DNA from: Stegostoma tigrinum
Taxonomy: Eukaryota
DNA length: 64,000 nucleotides
NCBI RefSeq assembly: GCF_030684315.1
Contig: NC_081359.1
Coordinates: 58,066,505-58,130,504, forward strand
Reading direction: 5' to 3'
This document shows, one piece after another, positions 62,001 through 64,000 of this stretch. Position numbers and translations under genes: made by a program. How positions within the stretch are numbered: position 1 is the stretch's first letter; each line of letters begins with the position of its first letter. The notes under the pieces were generated by a model that saw only the letters and a program-made list of their open reading frames with translations, was not told where the DNA came from and made no database searches.

Positions 62001-64000
62001 GGGGATGAGATGGCTTAATGGCATTATATCCAGAGTAGGATTCTAGAAACTCGGCTCATATCCTTGGGACCCATTTCAAATTCTGCCATGGCAGCTGTTA
62101 GAATTTGAATTCAACAAAATATCTAGAAATCAGAATTGACTGATGACCGTGAAACCATTGTTGATTGTTAGACAAACCTATTTTGCACACTACTGTTCTT
62201 CAAGTCTGGCCTACATATGAGTCCTGACTCACAGCAACGTGCTTACACTTAACTGTCTTCTGATACAGCCTGGCAAGCCACTCAGTTGTAACAATTGCCA
62301 CAAAGTCTCAACAAAGAAATGAAACCAGATGAATTTCCTGGTATTGACTTAGACACTGGAATACACAACAGCAGAAACAGCCCTGTCGACCCTGCAAAGT
62401 CCTCCCCATCAATATATGGAGGCTTATGCCAAAATTGGGAGAGCTGTCTCACAGACGAGTGAAGCAACAGCCTGGCATAATCATACACACAGAATCATAC
62501 CTGACAGACAATATCCCAGACACCACCATCGCTAACCCTGGATATATCCTGTCCACTAGCAACACAGACCCAGCAGACGGGGCACCACAGTGGTATACAG
62601 TCAGAAGGGAGATGCTCTGTGAATTCTCCACATTGACGATTTCAATGCCCACCATCAATAGTAGCTTGGCAGCAGCACTACTGATTGAGCTGGTTGGGTC
62701 CTGAGGGACATAGCTGCTCATCTGGGCTAAGGTAGGTGGTGAGGGAACCAAAACAAGAGGAAAAAAAAATACTTGACCTCATTTTTTCCAATCTACTGCT
62801 GCAGATGCGCCTATGACAGTATTGGTAAGGGTGAGCACTGCAGTGTCCTTGTGGAGGGAAGGTCCCATCTTCACATTGAGAATACCTTCCATCACATTGT
62901 GTGGCACTATCACCGTGCTAAATGGGACAGAGTTCAACAGATCCAGCAACTCAAGGCTGGGCAGCCATGAGGCGCTGTGGGCCTTCAACAGCAGCAGAAT
63001 TGTTCTCCAGTACAATCTGCAATGCCATGGCACAGCATATCCCTCACTCAACCATCACCATCAAACCAGGGGATCCAACGCGGGTTCAATGGAGAGTGCA
63101 GGAGGACATGCCAGGAGCAGCACCAGGCATACCGAAAAATTATGTGTCAACCTGGTGAAGCTACCAGATAGGACTACTTGCATGTCAAACAGCATTAGCA
63201 GCAAGCGATAGACAAAGCTAAATGATCCCACAACCAATGGGTCATATCTACACTCTACAGTCCTGCCACATCCAGTTGCGAATGGTGGTGGGCAATTAAA
63301 CAACTCAGTGGAGGTGGCACCATCCCCAATGACGAAAACAGCCAACATATTAGTGCAAAAGATAAGACTGAAGCATTTACAGCAAACATCAGGCAGAAAT
63401 GCTGAATAGATGAAGCATCTCAGCCCCCCACAGTGGTCTCCAGTGGACTTGCTGCTCCCCTAGCCAGCTTTTCCAGTACAGTTAGTGCACTGGCATCTAC
63501 CTGGCAATGTGAAAAATTACACAAGTATGCCCTGTATACGAAAAACAGGACAAATCCAACCCAATCAATTACAGCCCCATCTGTCTTCCCTCGATTATCA
63601 AAGTAAGGAAGGTGTCATCAACAGCTACCCAACAGCACCTACTCAGTAATAATTTGCTCAATGGTTCCCTGTTTGGGTTCTGCCAGGTCCCCTTAGATCC
63701 TAACTTCATTACAGGTTTGATTTAAATGTAGATAAAAGCACTGAATTATAGAGATGATGTGAGAGTGACAGTCCTTGATATCAAGGCTACATTCGATTGA
63801 GTGTGACATCGAGGAGCCCGAGGTAAACTGGAATCATTGGGTATCAGGGGCAAACTTTTCACTAGTTGGAGTCATGCTTGGTATGTAGGAAGATGGTTGT
63901 CATTGTGGGAGGTCAGTCACCTCAGCTTCGGCACATCTCTGCAGGAGTTCCTCAAAATAGTGTCCTAAATCTAACCATCTTCAGCTTGCTTCATCAATGA
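62001..64000 (+). mobile_element. Second-lineage CR1-group LINE from its 5' end (tRNA-like head, APE, RT), running off the window
   Basis: TGGCTTAATGG at 62011; ORF 62426 MPKLGELSHRRVKQQPGIIIHTESYLTDNIPDTTIANPGY (APE start); DKSNPINYSPI, LDIKATFD, GVPQNSVL (RT). Confidence 0.88.

Noticed and set aside
1-64000. CRISPR array, operon or prokaryotic defence system
   Set aside because: No regularly spaced repeats and no gene-dense structure; the sequence is vertebrate repeat-rich non-coding DNA.

Overview
Eukaryotic, AT-rich, CpG-depleted, repeat-dense non-coding DNA from a cartilaginous fish. The HE1/V-type SINEs, CR1 LINEs and Penelope pLTR families point to a shark, possibly a carpet shark (inference from repeat content). 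I recognise no host protein-coding exon, so the window is intergenic or deep intronic. Every ORF in the track that I can identify is a transposon fragment. Contents: many CR1 LINE fragments of two lineages; Rex1/Babar LINE fragments; HE1-type tRNA SINEs; a decayed Ty3/Gypsy element (RT-RNaseH-IN, PPT, probable 3' LTR; 44.4-47.4 kb); an internally deleted pogo/Tc2-type DNA transposon with TIRs and TA TSD (54167-55121); and a decayed Harbinger-type Myb/SANT gene (about 20.5-20.7 kb). The most notable signal is a dense population of Penelope-like element (PLE) insertions. It includes a Neptune-type RT/GIY-YIG body (33.2-34.9 kb), a young 424-bp-arm palindromic Penelope/Poseidon-type insertion with TSD (39.0-40.2 kb), and many 85-220 bp hairpin mini-insertions with a 36-39 nt tail and 12-16 bp TSDs. 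Together they carry about 18 complete, partial or degenerate minimal hammerhead ribozyme motifs, one apparently intact (41583-41630). All calls are by eye; repeat boundaries are approximate unless a TSD or TIR is quoted.
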